A stretch of 64,000 nt of DNA from Callorhinchus milii (taxonomy: Eukaryota), in contig NW_024704742.1 of assembly GCF_018977255.1 (NCBI RefSeq), positions 50,966,001 through 51,030,000 on the forward strand, read 5' to 3'. This document shows, piece after piece, positions 37,546-49,360 of the stretch; position 1 is the first letter of the stretch, and each line of letters opens with the position of its first letter. Both the position numbers and the translations under genes were made by a program. Below the pieces are notes generated by a model that searched no databases, was not told where the DNA came from, and saw only the letters and a program-made list of their open reading frames with translations.

Positions 37546-38596
37546 TAATATCAAATCTCTGACCCCATTAACTTATCTGCTCTTTGCAGGTCCTGCTGAC
37601 GAGTCAGGTATAGTTATAGTTATGGGGGGATGGGTGGAGGTGTATGAAACACAATTATGTAGCGAAGTATCGTAATAAATGCACAAGAGAAGACACCTGT
37701 GAAACACTTTCAATGTAACTTACTGTAGATGAGGTTAAATGAGGTTAAAGATGAGATGACCCTCCTCTTCGACCGTGCTTTCGATCACAGGCTCTGGCTT
37801 GCTTCATGTCTCCCACCTCGCCCCCCCCATTGGTGGGCGTTCTGCCACTCTATCTCCACCCTCTGGAACTCCATGCCACAGTCCCTCCGCCTCGCCCCCT
37901 CCCTTGCCTCCTTCAAGACCAATCTCCAGACCCTCCTCTTCGACCGTGCTTTTGATTACCATACTTCCCCCACTGTGTGTACTGGTGTTAATCTCGTGGT
38001 ATGTATTCAGTAATGATTTGCTCACAAAGATGTGGAATAGCAAAGCATTTAACTATATTCTACATGTGTAGCTGCCAGACCGTGATTATGGCAGTGGATG
38101 TTATTGGTTGGTGGGGTTCACGGTGCTGTTTATTGTTGCTTGCAGTGTCTGGCTTTGAGCAAAATGCAACTTAACCATGTAATTTTTTTGTACAATTCTA
38201 GAAATCAGAAACATTGTGGAGAGCTAAAACGTCAAAGGTTAATCCCTAAAATGGCCTTAGTCAGCACCATGTATGCATATTTGAACTATGTGTTCACATT
38301 GCTTGTCAATGTTTCCATCCCTGGGACTCGTTGGCTCCATCTAGGGGATTGGTTGAGATATAGTGAAGCATGCTCATTGAATGGAATTATATGAAAACAA
38401 ATATTACTTAAATTCAAAAGATCCAGAGAAAGGAATTTAAAACTAGACATTTAGATGCTCAGAACGTCCAAGTTTCTGCCTAAGTTGATACTTGTATATG
38501 AGCAGAATGTACTAAATAGTAATGGATTGTAGTTTTGAAATCCTCGGTTGTTTTGATTTATGTGGTCATAGAATCACAGGCTGATAGATCAGGATA

Positions 38597-38860
38597 ACAA
38601 CAACAACATTACATTTGTAAAGCGCCTTTCACGTCGGAAAGATGTCTCAAGGCGCTGACAGACAGAGTTACGGACCCAAACTGGGGGTCGGGGAGGGTGG
38701 AGGGTGGGGGTGAAGCAGGGAGATCGAAAGCACGGTTGAAGAAGAGGGTCTTGAGATGGGTCTTGAAGGAGGCAAGGGAGGATGCAAGGCGGAGGGACTG
38801 GGGAATGGAGTTCCAGAGCGTGGGGATAGAGTGGCGGAAGGCCCGCCCGCCAATAGTGAA
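38597..38860 (-). mobile_element. L2-clade LINE 3' end
   Basis: TIGGRAFRHSIPTLWNSIPQSLRLASSLASFKTHLKTLFF plus tail. Confidence 0.88.
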
Positions 38861-39682
38861 TAGAGTAAGTGTTGCCTGGACAGTGCTCTCCACTTTAATA
38901 TTGTCACATGTAACATGTCCATGTTTGGCATGGAATCTTGTTCTTGCCATTTCAGCCTTAATACTCATATCGAGGGGATTCAGATGATTAACTCCGACAT
39001 TGTGGCAATAACCAATCAAGAAAGAAGGATTTTGTAAAGAACAGAAATTTCAATTGACATTTTTATTATTTGGTAAAAGGTCAAAGGCCTACAGCATAGT
39101 ACACCAGCAAGATTGCAAATAACAAAAACACACAATAATTCGAGAGGAAGTGGTTTGGAGACACCAAACCTGGGTTTTAAAAAACTGCAGATTATATGCC
39201 GACTGAGGAAGATAAATTCTACAAATATTAAGGTCCTGGAAAAGAACAAGTTAGAGTAGGATAACTGATTTTTAATTTTAACTGAATGAGGATCTGGCAG
39301 GAGGAAAGACTTACGTGGTATATTTGAAACTTTTAAGGAAACAGAGAAAAGCAATTGTAATCATACAAAACAATTTAGATTTATGTAGTGTGTTTCATGC
39401 TGGGAGGATGTCTCAAAGTGCTTCACAATGCTGGATGGGCTGGAGGTGACAGACAAGCAGGGTAGGGAGGGGAAAGATGACTAAAAGTGCAGTCAAAAGG
39501 TACGTACTGTATATCAAATGCTAGTTTTATTATTCATAACTAAATTAGGCTGAAATCAAGCATCAATGTGCATTTCAGTATAAACTGCAAAAAGCCTTTA
39601 ACTGACTATGGTTAATTGTGGTCCTAATTCACTACCACTGTAATATCAAATGCTTCCTCAGTTCCCGGTCGCCTGTCCTCAA

Positions 39683-39980
39683 CTGTAGCATAGTTGTTAG
39701 AGCACTCGCATCACAAGCGAGAGGACCCAGATTTGATTCCCAGTCAGGGTGAAATCTTAAGTAAGTTTCCTTACTCCACACGCCTCTGTTTACCTAGCAG
39801 TAAATAGGAACCCGGTTGTTAGTCGATTGGTGGATCGCTTTTCTGGGGGTAATAATCCCTTCCAAAAATAATAATAATATTAATTTGGTCACTCAATCCT
39901 GTTTGTTGTACAATGCCATGCAATTGGCTGCTGTGTTTCACCCGCAAAATATACAGTCATTCACTTTACAGTATAATATT
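39683..39980 (+). mobile_element. tRNA-derived SINE, long subfamily
   Basis: Head plus TGTTTACCTAGCAGTAAATAGGAACCCGGTTGTTAGTCGATTGG insert; abuts an inverted SINE tail at 39980-40090. Confidence 0.8.
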
Positions 39981-40427
39981 AATAATCCTTGCATTTGATG
40001 TAGTGCTTTTCATGTCTTCTAGACATCTCAAAGTGCTTCACAGAATATACTGTAAAATGAATTGACTGTATATTTGTGGGTGAAACGTGGCATTTATTAC
40101 AGTGTATATTGTGCGAAGTGCTTGGAGGCACCTCAAAGATGTGATAAAGTGCTAAATCAAAAGCAAGGATTATTATAACAAATAATGATAAACAATAATA
40201 AAAAGCGAACACGTACATAATTATTCAATAGCTGGACGCAACCATATAACACATGACAAACTATGAAATCTTAGTATTAGATTAAATCTCTAATTTCATG
40301 AAAAAATTACATTTGTACAGATTGTTTTAAAGCTGCAATACCACATACATTCCTCAGTGTGGTTTTAATTACAATTGCCCCATGCCTTTTTTTCTTTATT
40401 GGTTTATTTAGAAATTTAGCTTTTTTN

Positions 40428-40520
40428 GGTCAGCCGGGTGGCTGACACATGCAGAAACCCACCATCGTGCTCAAGAGTATCCAAGCCAAACAGAGAAATC
40501 CATGCATCATGACTATACAT
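40428..40520 (-). repeat. Unclassified repeat family, terminal fragment
   Basis: GGTCAGCCGGGTGGCTGACACATGCAGAAACCC. Confidence 0.75.
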
Positions 40521-42059
40521 AAGATGATGTGCTTTTATTAAAAGACAATGAATTGACTTATCCTGCCTGTGGTAATTCTAATTTGGTAATATGATTACTG
40601 TTGTCTCTGTGAAGTATTTAGCAACATTAATCCTATGTGAAAGGCATTCTGTAAATGTAAATTGCTGTCGATTATTCTGTGGTTAGTTCAATATTTCTGT
40701 AATAACTGAACTTGCATTTTCTGCAGTTAATCACATTTTTAATATATTATCATCACACCAATAAAACAAAATACAAAAGAGAGGCCTTGGCTCAGATAAA
40801 CCCTAGAACATTACATAACTATTTTTGTTCTACATATGTACAGGGCAAATTTTAATTGGGATTTAAGTATGTTTATCTGTTACACAAAAGCGTCATCATA
40901 AAGCTGTTATATCTACAAGATAGTTTCAAAGCAAACTTTATTTTCTATCTTGAACTTTCCCACTCTACGGGTAGCCTGAGCATGCAGAGACAGAACATAA
41001 TATTAAGGGATTATGAAGAAATGCTTTTATGAAATCATTTATAAATAATAATAATCCTTGCATTTGATATAGCGCTTTTCATGTCTTCTAGACGTCTCAA
41101 AGCGCTTCACAGAATAGACTGTAAAGTGAATTGACTGTACACTTGTGGGCAAAATATTAATAATAATTCTTAAATTTGATATTGTGCTTTATTACATTGT
41201 CAAAATCTTAAAGTACTTCACAATATGTAATCTGTGAAGTGTAGCAACTGTTTATTTGTAAGTGAAACTGCAGGGTATCTGTTCCATTCTTGGTCACACC
41301 ATTGCCTCAGTGTTGTTAACTGTAACTTTCCCTTTAACAGTAATACAAACAAATTGAATTACAATTGAGAGATTGGCTTTCTTCCCAATTCCAGAGGCAG
41401 CAAGGTAAATGATTCCTCCAACAAGGGGCGCCACATTAGTTTTTGGCTCTGGGGCGCTGGGAACTCGGCCTGTTCATCCAGAAGAGTGAGATTATTTTTA
41501 TATTATTTGCCTGACTTGCTGCTTCTGCTGTGGATTTTGCACAACTCTGGTTAAGGGGCAAAATTGATAGTATCTGTAGCCTAGTGTACTGAAAAGCCAC
41601 CTGCCACTTGCATTTTAAGAGCAGTAAACAACACTTAAAACAAAAACAGCTTGATTCAATATGTGACTTGTTGGTGCTCTCCCGTTAAGCTTTGCAACAT
41701 TCAATGATATGTTGAGAGACTGATGTTTTAACAAGAAATGCTTCAATGAAAGCAAATCGGTTAGAAGTGATTGTGTATCGTGTGATGTGATGGAGGAGGG
41801 AATGAGCCCAATAGTATAGTTTGTTTAACTTTATGATGAATACAAGGAATGAAAAGATGGTTAAACGGTATCTGTTATGAATCTTTTACCATCAGACTTT
41901 AAAAACCTTAGCTGTTTTTGTTCCACACAAATTTTTGGCATAGTGTTTCCCTCACTTGACATCATTTCTATAACAGGAGCAGGTTTTGGGAGGTGCAACA
42001 AAATATCAGCCAACTTTGTTCCTGGCTTTTTTTCTGATTCCACTACAGTTATTTAAGTA

Positions 42060-43447
42060 ATTGTTCCTTAGGTCCTTGCCAAAGTCCTGCAACGCATTGT
42101 TGCAGGTCAACTTCGGTCACACCTTTCCCCCCACTCCCTCCTTGAGCCCCTGTAGTCTGGTTTTCGCCCTGCCCACAGCACAGAGACAGCGTTTGTCAAA
42201 GTCACAAATGACATTCTCTCTATCTGTGACCAGGGCTCCCTCTGCCTCCTCGTCCTCCTGGATACCTCTGTCATGTTTGACACAGTTGAACACTCCATCC
42301 TCCTCCACCGCCTCTCCTCCCTCATCTACCTTAGTGGGACCACAATCACATGGTTCGAGTCCTACTTAACCAACCACCTCCATTTCATCTCAGCAAATGG
42401 TTTCTCCTCCCACCCCCACCCGGTCACCTGCGGGGTACCCCAGGGCTCCATTCTTGGCCCTCTTCTTTTCCTTATCTAAATGCTCCCTCTGGGTGATGTC
42501 ATCTGCAGATACGGGGAAAACTTCCACATGTATGAGGATGACACACAACTCTATTTTGCCTCCTCCAGTACCAACTCCAGGTCCGCCGATGTTCTATCAG
42601 CTTATCTGGCAGACATCGGGGCCTGGATGAATTAAGTAAACTTCCTGCAGCTGAATATAGACAAGATGGAAACCATACTCCTTGGCTCTCATCAATGTCT
42701 TCATTCCTGCGGATCTAAACTCCTCAACCTTCCCAGGCTATCCCTCAGACTCACCGAACCGATGCTCAACCTAGGCATCCGGTTCGACCCCCAACTGTCC
42801 TTCCTCCCCCACATCCAATCCCTGTCCAGAACCACTTTCTTCCACCTCCGCCACATTGCCCACCTCCAACAGTACCTTACCCCAAATGCAGCCGAAACCC
42901 TCGTGCATGCATTTGTCACCTCCCGCTTGGATTACTCCAACACACTCCCCAGCTCCACCATTCACAAGATCCAGCTCATTCAAAACTCTGCTGCCCACAT
43001 ACTGACCCGAACCAAACTCCATACCCACATCTCACCAGTCTGGCCAGACTTCAATGGCTCCCCAGCACCGAACAGATCGACTTCAAGATCCTCACACTCG
43101 TGTTCAGATCCATTCATGACACCTCCCTCCCTCTCCAACCTCCTCACTCCCTAATCCACCACCCGGCACCTCAGCTCGACTGGCAGCGGCCTCCTGCTCG
43201 TCCCTCGCAACCTCCATCCCATCATCGGATGTTGCATTACGCCCCCAAATTCTGCAACACTCTCCCTCAATCCCTCTCCCAATTGCCTCCTCTCTCCACT
43301 ATTTCAAGCCCCGCCTGAAGACTTTCCTGTTCGACAGTGCTTACGGCCACCTCCCCACTCCCCCGGCTCGGAGTCAGGCTGCACCACTGTTAAGCGATCT
43401 GAGACACTACCCTGCGTGGAGGGCACTATATAAGTGCATGTTGTTAT
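42060..43447 (+). mobile_element. L2-clade LINE, longest copy in the window (RT to 3' tail, frameshifted)
   Basis: FDTVEHSIL...CGVPQGSILGPLLF, YEDDTQLY, NLGIRFDPQLSF, HAFVTSRLDYSN. Confidence 0.92.
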
Positions 43448-43636
43448 TGATATTTAGGCAATTTAGGCACGTTGTATTATCCCTATATTGCCCCAAACAT
43501 AGTGAAAGCCACATCAAGCTTTAATCACTTTGAGACTAGGTTTCTCCAATGCTCACCCTCATTAAGGTCAATCTCATACAGAACTCCACAGTTCTCATTG
43601 TTTCCTCTAATAGGCTCCTTTTACCTATTATGAACT

Positions 43637-43877
43637 GTGGAGTCCTGTAGCTCAGTGGTTAGGGTACTCGCCTGGGTTCGATTCCCGGCAGGGCGAAATG
43701 TTGGGCAAGTTTCTTTACTCCATATGCCTTTATTTACCCAGCAGTAAGTAGGAACCCAATTATCAGTCAATTGGCAGATCGCTTTTCCGGGTGTAATAAA
43801 TCCTTTTTTAAAAAAAAATTGGTCACTTCAATCCACGACTGTTCATGGGAGACTGCTGTGCGCAATTGGCTGCTGCT
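43637..43877 (+). mobile_element. tRNA-derived SINE, long subfamily, 3'-truncated
   Basis: Head and TTTACCCAGCAGTAAGTAGGAACCC insert. Confidence 0.8.
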
Positions 43878-43899
43878 GATCTTCTTGGAGATGAATTGG

Positions 43900-44110
43900 T
43901 ACCAAGGTGACTTGTTTGGCGATGGAATGTCAGACTTGAGTCAATTCTCTGTGGAGGTCTTGGTTGTCGATTCCTGAGCCATTCAGCTCCACAGTACTCC
44001 AGGGATGAAAGTCCAGTCAGCCTGGCTCATTGGTAGGATATGGAGAGGCAGACCACTCGCTAGGGTGGTGCTAGATGGACAGGCAGTGGGAAAGCTTGCC
44101 AGACAATTCC
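43900..44110 (+). repeat. Unclassified repeat family, internal fragment
   Basis: GAGTCAATTCTC...CACAGTACT...CCAGTCAGCCTGGCTCAT...GCAGACCA. Confidence 0.7.
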
Positions 44111-44124
44111 AGCAATTACCATTA

Positions 44125-44439
44125 TAATAATAATATAATAATAATCCTTGCATTTGATATAACGCTTTTCACGTCGGGAGGACGTCCCAAAGCGCTTCAC
44201 AGAACACACTGTAAAGTGAATTGACTGTATATTTGTGGGTGAACGCAGCAGCCAATTGCGCACAGCAATGTCCCACAAATGTAGATTGAAAATGACCAAT
44301 TTTTATTATTGATTTTGGTTTTGGAGGGATTATTATTAGGCGTGTGGAGTAAGGAAACTTGCCCAAGGTTTCGCCCTGCCTGGAATTGAACTCAGGTCTC
44401 TCACTTGCAAAGCGATTGCTCTAACTACAGGACTCCACA
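44125..44439 (-). mobile_element. tRNA-Ala-derived SINE, young copy
   Basis: As above. Confidence 0.92.
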
Positions 44440-44689
44440 TTATCCCAGTCTATTGATTATTTCCTTGGTATCCTTACTTGGAAGATAAAATCCACTATGG
44501 AGTTGGAATATTCAAAGGTGCAAACACTGAGTGAAAACAGTCTATTAAAACTAATCGGGCATTAAATTTAAGAGTTTTCATTTTGTGGGAAACTGGAAAA
44601 AAAGCACTGAAGCTCCCCAAATGCACAAGGTACATTTTGCCAGATTGCAGAAAACTGTACATCATTTTATCATTTTTAGGTTTCATCCT

Positions 44690-45085
44690 GGCTTGGCTTG
44701 TAGCTCTCTCTCACCTCTGAGCGAGAAGGTTATGTTTACATCAAGACTTTGTGTTCATAGTGTTGGCTTACACGCCAATGCAATGCTGGGGAAGTGCTGC
44801 ATTACCAGAGGTGCTTTCCTTTGCATAAGGCATTAAGCCAAGTTGCCACTTGCCTATTCAGGGTGGAAATGAAAGAGAAGGGAGTGTCTCCTGGTCTCCA
44901 ACAATCTCTCAAATAAAATTAGTCATTAATTTCATGACTGTTTGTGAAACATTACTAAGTGCAAAATGAACTGCATTATTTGCTTGCAAATTGCTGTGCC
45001 GACACTTTACAGTAACTGCTATGAAGAGATGTGAGGCATCCCTTTGACGTGAAAAGCACTGAATCAAATTGCAAGGATTATTATT
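44690..45085 (+). mobile_element. Old Deu-domain-like SINE
   Basis: Degenerate head, core and tail similar to 32314-32730. Confidence 0.6.
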
Positions 45086-46227
45086 TTAAACCTTCATGCC
45101 GCGAAGTGGAAAATGTACGAACAGGAAACTTTTTTTTCCAAACACTACACCGTAGTTGCCTTTCAGTCTTTAACAGCCAACTGAACACTGCAGACGTTGA
45201 GCTGAGATTGTGGCAGGAGCAGGCAGTTTGTGGGTTACCGCTGTGCGCAATTGGCTGCCGTGTTTCGCCCACAAAATATACAGTATATTCTGTGAAGCAC
45301 TTTGAGGCGTCCAGCGACGTCGTAAGGTGCTATATCAAATGCAAGGATTATCATTATTATTCATTCACTGCTGCCCTCAATCACCAGTGTGGCCAGAAAT
45401 TGAGCTACGTTTGTAGCCCCAAAATCCACCAAATATTAGCCTAAAAGTAGCCCAACATTAAGTGTTGCCCACAACGGGTTGCAAAGTGGGCAATTCAGGG
45501 TTAGTGAAACTGTGTAAGAAAAAGATTGTAGGGTGGGGTGGGTGGGGTGGGGGTGGGGGGAGGGTAGATAAGCTTTGCAGGTTTGAATTAAACGTTCAAT
45601 AATTAGGCGCCCGCCTAAAGCCGTGCGTTTACGCAGAACAAAACCAAAACACGCCCAACCAGGCGGGAAGCCGCCCAAGTCTGGCCACACAGCCTGTCAC
45701 CCTCGGCAAACGTGACGTCATCATCAGTCACAGCCCAGGCGGCGAGGCGGGGTCACGCGTCGTCAGCGCCGGGGGGCGGGGCTTGGCGCGGACCTGGGGC
45801 GGGGCTTGGTACTGACGCGTGTGGGGGGCGGGGCTTGGTGCTGAGGTGCGGGGCGGGGGCTGTGTGCTGACGTGTGTACCCGGCCCGCGAGCTCCGTGCG
45901 TCGGTTTTTTTTTGTTGAGAGGCGGGGGGGAAGGGGGTGGTGTGGCCCGTCACGTCGCGAGCTGTTCCGCCATACGCGCGCACACGTCGTCACTCGCCGG
46001 GTCGCTGGCTGTTGTGCGCGCTGACGTCAGGCGCGCGCGGGCGCGCACGCACACAGGGCGGGGCGGGGCAGGGAGGGACGGACGGACGAACGGAGGAGGA
46101 GAAAGATGGCGGCGGCGAGAATGATGGTGGAGCCGTGGTTCGAGTTGGGCGGGGGACGCCTGCGGGTGTGAGCGAGCGTGGCCCGTGTCCGTCTGTCCTC
46201 CTCCCCGCCCCAGCCATGTACCGGTAG

Positions 46228-46283
46228 AGAGGGAGAGAGAGAGAGGGAAGGAAGAGATAGAGAGAGAGAGAGAGAGAGACAGA
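46228..46283 (+). repeat. (GA)n purine tract in the SLAIN2 5'UTR
   Basis: Visible in sequence. Confidence 0.85.
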
Positions 46284-46353
46284 CAGCAAAGGAGGAGAGT
46301 TGACGAGCCTGAGGCCGAGCGAGGAGACGGCGGAGGGGAAGAAGCAGCTGACG

Positions 46354-46736
46354 ATGGAGGAGGAGAACTCGAACATCAACGCGGACCTGGAGGTGCGGAA
46401 GCTGCAGGAGTTGGTCCGCAAACTGGAGAAGCAGAACGAGCAGCTGAGGACCCGCTCCACCCTCCTGAGCCCCCGGGCTGGGCCCGCTCCCCCCGGGCCC
46501 TCGGCCGGCCTCTCCCTGGACGGCCTGACCCAGTCGGACTGTCACTCGACGCCCCGCCCAGGAGCAGGAGGGGCCCAGGCCCCCGAGGCGCTGGGGGCCG
46601 GGGGTGTCGCCGGCCTGGGCTTCCTCTCGGACCCCGAGGGCGCGGAGGCACCGGCCGAGCTGACGACGCTGGATGAGGTGGAGACGCTGGACGTGGAGTC
46701 GCTGGTGTCGACGGGTGATGAAGAGGACGACAGCTG
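46354..46736 (+). CDS. SLAIN2: SLAIN motif-containing protein 2, coding exon 1 (N-terminal coiled coil)
   Basis: [35 protein letters not shown]...LDEVETLD...DEEDDSW matches human SLAIN2 [35 protein letters not shown]; donor tg|GTGAGT, phase 2. Confidence 0.96.
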
Positions 46737-47179
46737 GTGAGTGAGGGGTCCGGGCTGGGGTTCACCGGAGACCAACACCGGACTGTGTCTGACCCGGGAG
46801 GGGTGGGGGGGGCAGCATCTGAAAAAATAATTGGGTAGAACGGCAGCTAACCTGCTTTTAACCTGATTCACTCAGTTTTTTTGGGGGGGGTCAGAGGCGG
46901 GAAACCCATCATTGAGAGTGTCCAAACCTAACTGAAAGCCTCAGGTACCCCTGGAAACAGTACGTGGAAATAAATACCAGAGATGTTTACTTGGATGCAC
47001 ACGTTCCCCTCGGAGCTCACTTCACTTGCTGTTTCTCATCTAAAACATGTCATGACGTTTATTGAAGGGTCAACTGTCCCGCGCCCTGGGACGTCCTCCC
47101 GACGTGAAAAGGCGCTCTATAAATGAAATCTTGTTGTTGTTGTTGTTTGTTGTGGCATGTAAGATCAACCTGCCCTAAC

Positions 47180-47560
47180 CTCGCTCAGTTGGCAAAACTC
47201 AGTTGGCGTTTTGAATCAAAAGGTTATGGGTTTAAAGATCCTTCCCTGCCCATGACCACTTGGACCTCACAGTCTAGGCTGTCACTCCAATGTATTCTTG
47301 GGGGTATGCTGCAGTTTTGGAGGTGCTGTCCTTCAGATGAGATGTTAAACCGAGATCTGCCTGTTTAGGTGTATTCGAGAACAGAAAAGATTTCCTCCCG
47401 GTGTTCTGGCCAACAATCCACCAAATAAAAGTTTCTGCTGATGGTGGGACATTGCTGCAGTTGCCTATTGCCTATTCAGTCACTCCACTCCACAGTAAAA
47501 TACTATGAAGTGCTTTGAGATGGGATGCCAATGTGATATTGCACTAATCAAATGCAAGGT
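47180..47560 (+). mobile_element. Old Deu-domain-like SINE
   Basis: GCTCAGTTGG head; TCTAGGCTGTCACTCC...GGAGGTGCTGTCCTTCAGATGAGATGTTAAACCGAG core. Confidence 0.7.
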
Positions 47561-48130
47561 TTCTCTCACAAAATCACAAAGCAAAGTCAATCTGCTTTAC
47601 AGTATATCCTGTGAAGTGCTTTGAGACTTTTCAGCGACTTGATCAGGCAAGGATTATTATTTATTTATTAGTTAAGGCATACTTTAAAGGGTATTCACCA
47701 ACTTGTGTTACCTTGTATCAGAAAGGTTGAATGAAACTTTGTATAATACCTTATTTTAAGTTATTTGGTGAAACAAATAAGTCAGTATTTGGCAGGACAA
47801 TGGGATGCAACATCAGACCTCCATCAGGCGTTGATGGTGAGGCTCTTGAGCACATGTGGAATCTTGCTTGGAGCAACATTAACAGGATCCATTGCTGGTA
47901 TGGGTTCCCGTCTCTTGATAGGTTTAATTTTATAGGTTCCCTCATTTTACTTCTCTCCGCCCCCAGGACCTCTACAACCACATTTAATGAAGCTTGTTGT
48001 TGCAAGCTGCCAGGTTATTTATTGTAATTCCCCATCCTCCATATGCAACATGATTCATAACATTGCTGTGCTATTCTTACACTCTGCTAATGTGAGCTGT
48101 ATTTGTGCATATATAAAAATTGTCCAATAA

Positions 48131-48179
48131 ATTTGTTCTGTAACCTTCAAACCTAATGTTTGAAGGTTACAGAACAAAT
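48131..48179. repeat. Perfect inverted repeat, 22-bp arms, 5-nt loop
   Basis: ATTTGTTCTGTAACCTTCAAAC-CTAAT-GTTTGAAGGTTACAGAACAAAT. Confidence 0.95.
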
Positions 48180-48719
48180 AGTAAGTAAACTGAAATGCAA
48201 TATATAATCAAATAAAAGTAGTAGTGAGTGTTTTAAGAACCTGTCCCATAAAATTATGTGCCTCTGACTCTGAAATTGTAATGTTCTTATATATATATAA
48301 TTATTCTACTTTGTTATCATTAAATCTAAAGACCAGGGAAAACAGACAGCACTTGGTCAAGTTTTGCAAAAACATGTAATGAAGAATACTTGGCATATCC
48401 GTGTCATCCTGTCAGGATAGTGTTCCTAATTGGGGAATTATACGGGGCAATTATACTGCAGTTTCTGCCAGTTTGATGTGCCTTTTGAAATTGTAAACTG
48501 GAATTTTGTGACCCATACCTAATACGAGGACGTGATGGTAGCCCACCTCTCGGGATCTCGGTTTACCTTATCCGAAGTCATGACGATGCTGTGTCCGACT
48601 ATGCAGCATTCGTCTCAACACTACGAAGGGATGTCGACTAGACTGAAAATCCCAACATGGCGCTGAATACATCTTCTGTCAGAAACAATATTCTGTTGCC
48701 TACCCTGCAGGAAAAGTCC

Positions 48720-49030
48720 TTAATGGGTAGGGGGTTCCTAGCTGAACAAGAAGTGAGAAACCTTACCAGGCAGCACTTTCAATGGCAAGCTATGCAGTTT
48801 TAGCTGGTTCGATTCCAGCAGTATCCCAGCGCACACTCTTAAGTTCTTGCCAACCTGCGCGTAAATTAGATAAGAGGATGCGTCTCTCAAGGGAGAAAGT
48901 GCGCATTCGATTCCAATAAATATCTCTGCAATTTCCATGTCGGGGTGGGATGCATGGAACCCCGTTTTGGTTTGGATACGTTAAGCACGGCGATGGGTTT
49001 CTGCATGTGTCAGACACCCGACTGACCAAA
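48720..49030 (+). repeat. Unclassified repeat family, best-preserved terminal copy
   Basis: Retains CpGs; ends GATGGGTTTCTGCATGTGTCAGACACCCGACTGACCAAAAAA. Confidence 0.78.
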
Positions 49031-49360
49031 AAATCCAAATAATCTTTCAACTAACTAATTACTTCCAACGGTTTGTTTTCAACTTTCGTAGAATCATCGA
49101 ATTATATACAGCACAGAAGGAGGCCATTCGTGTCTGTGCCAGCTCTTTAAAAAGAGCTGTTCAAATCAATCCCACTCCCCCGCTCTATCCCCATAGCCCT
49201 GCAAACTTGTCCTCCCCAAATATTTATCTAAATAACTTTCTTTAACATCTTACAAGTAAAATTGTTTGCCTGATCTTGGAAGATCTTGATAACCTAATAC
49301 TGCAGCAAAGGACTAGCTATATTTGCAGTATAAGGCTGTGAGGTCAATTCCTTCAGTTGA

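Larger units (their letters stand above)
45600..46800 (+). promoter_or_regulatory. SLAIN2: CpG-island promoter of SLAIN2
   Basis: Dense CpG in a CpG-depleted background. Full CRE TGACGTCA at 45713-45720 and 46022-46029, repeated GGGGCGGGG boxes at 45773-45860, YY1-type AAGATGGCGGC at 46103-46113. Confidence 0.88.

Noticed and set aside
46300..46353. N-terminal extension of SLAIN2 in the ORF track
   Set aside because: Non-ATG start; homology begins at the ATG at 46354.
45753..46871. Multiple overlapping ORFs on both strands
   Set aside because: Expected from stop-codon scarcity in a CpG island; only the SLAIN2 frame has homology.
48578..48646. C/D-box snoRNA-like ATGACGA...CTGA
   Set aside because: Imperfect C box, no convincing terminal stem and no recognisable rRNA guide.
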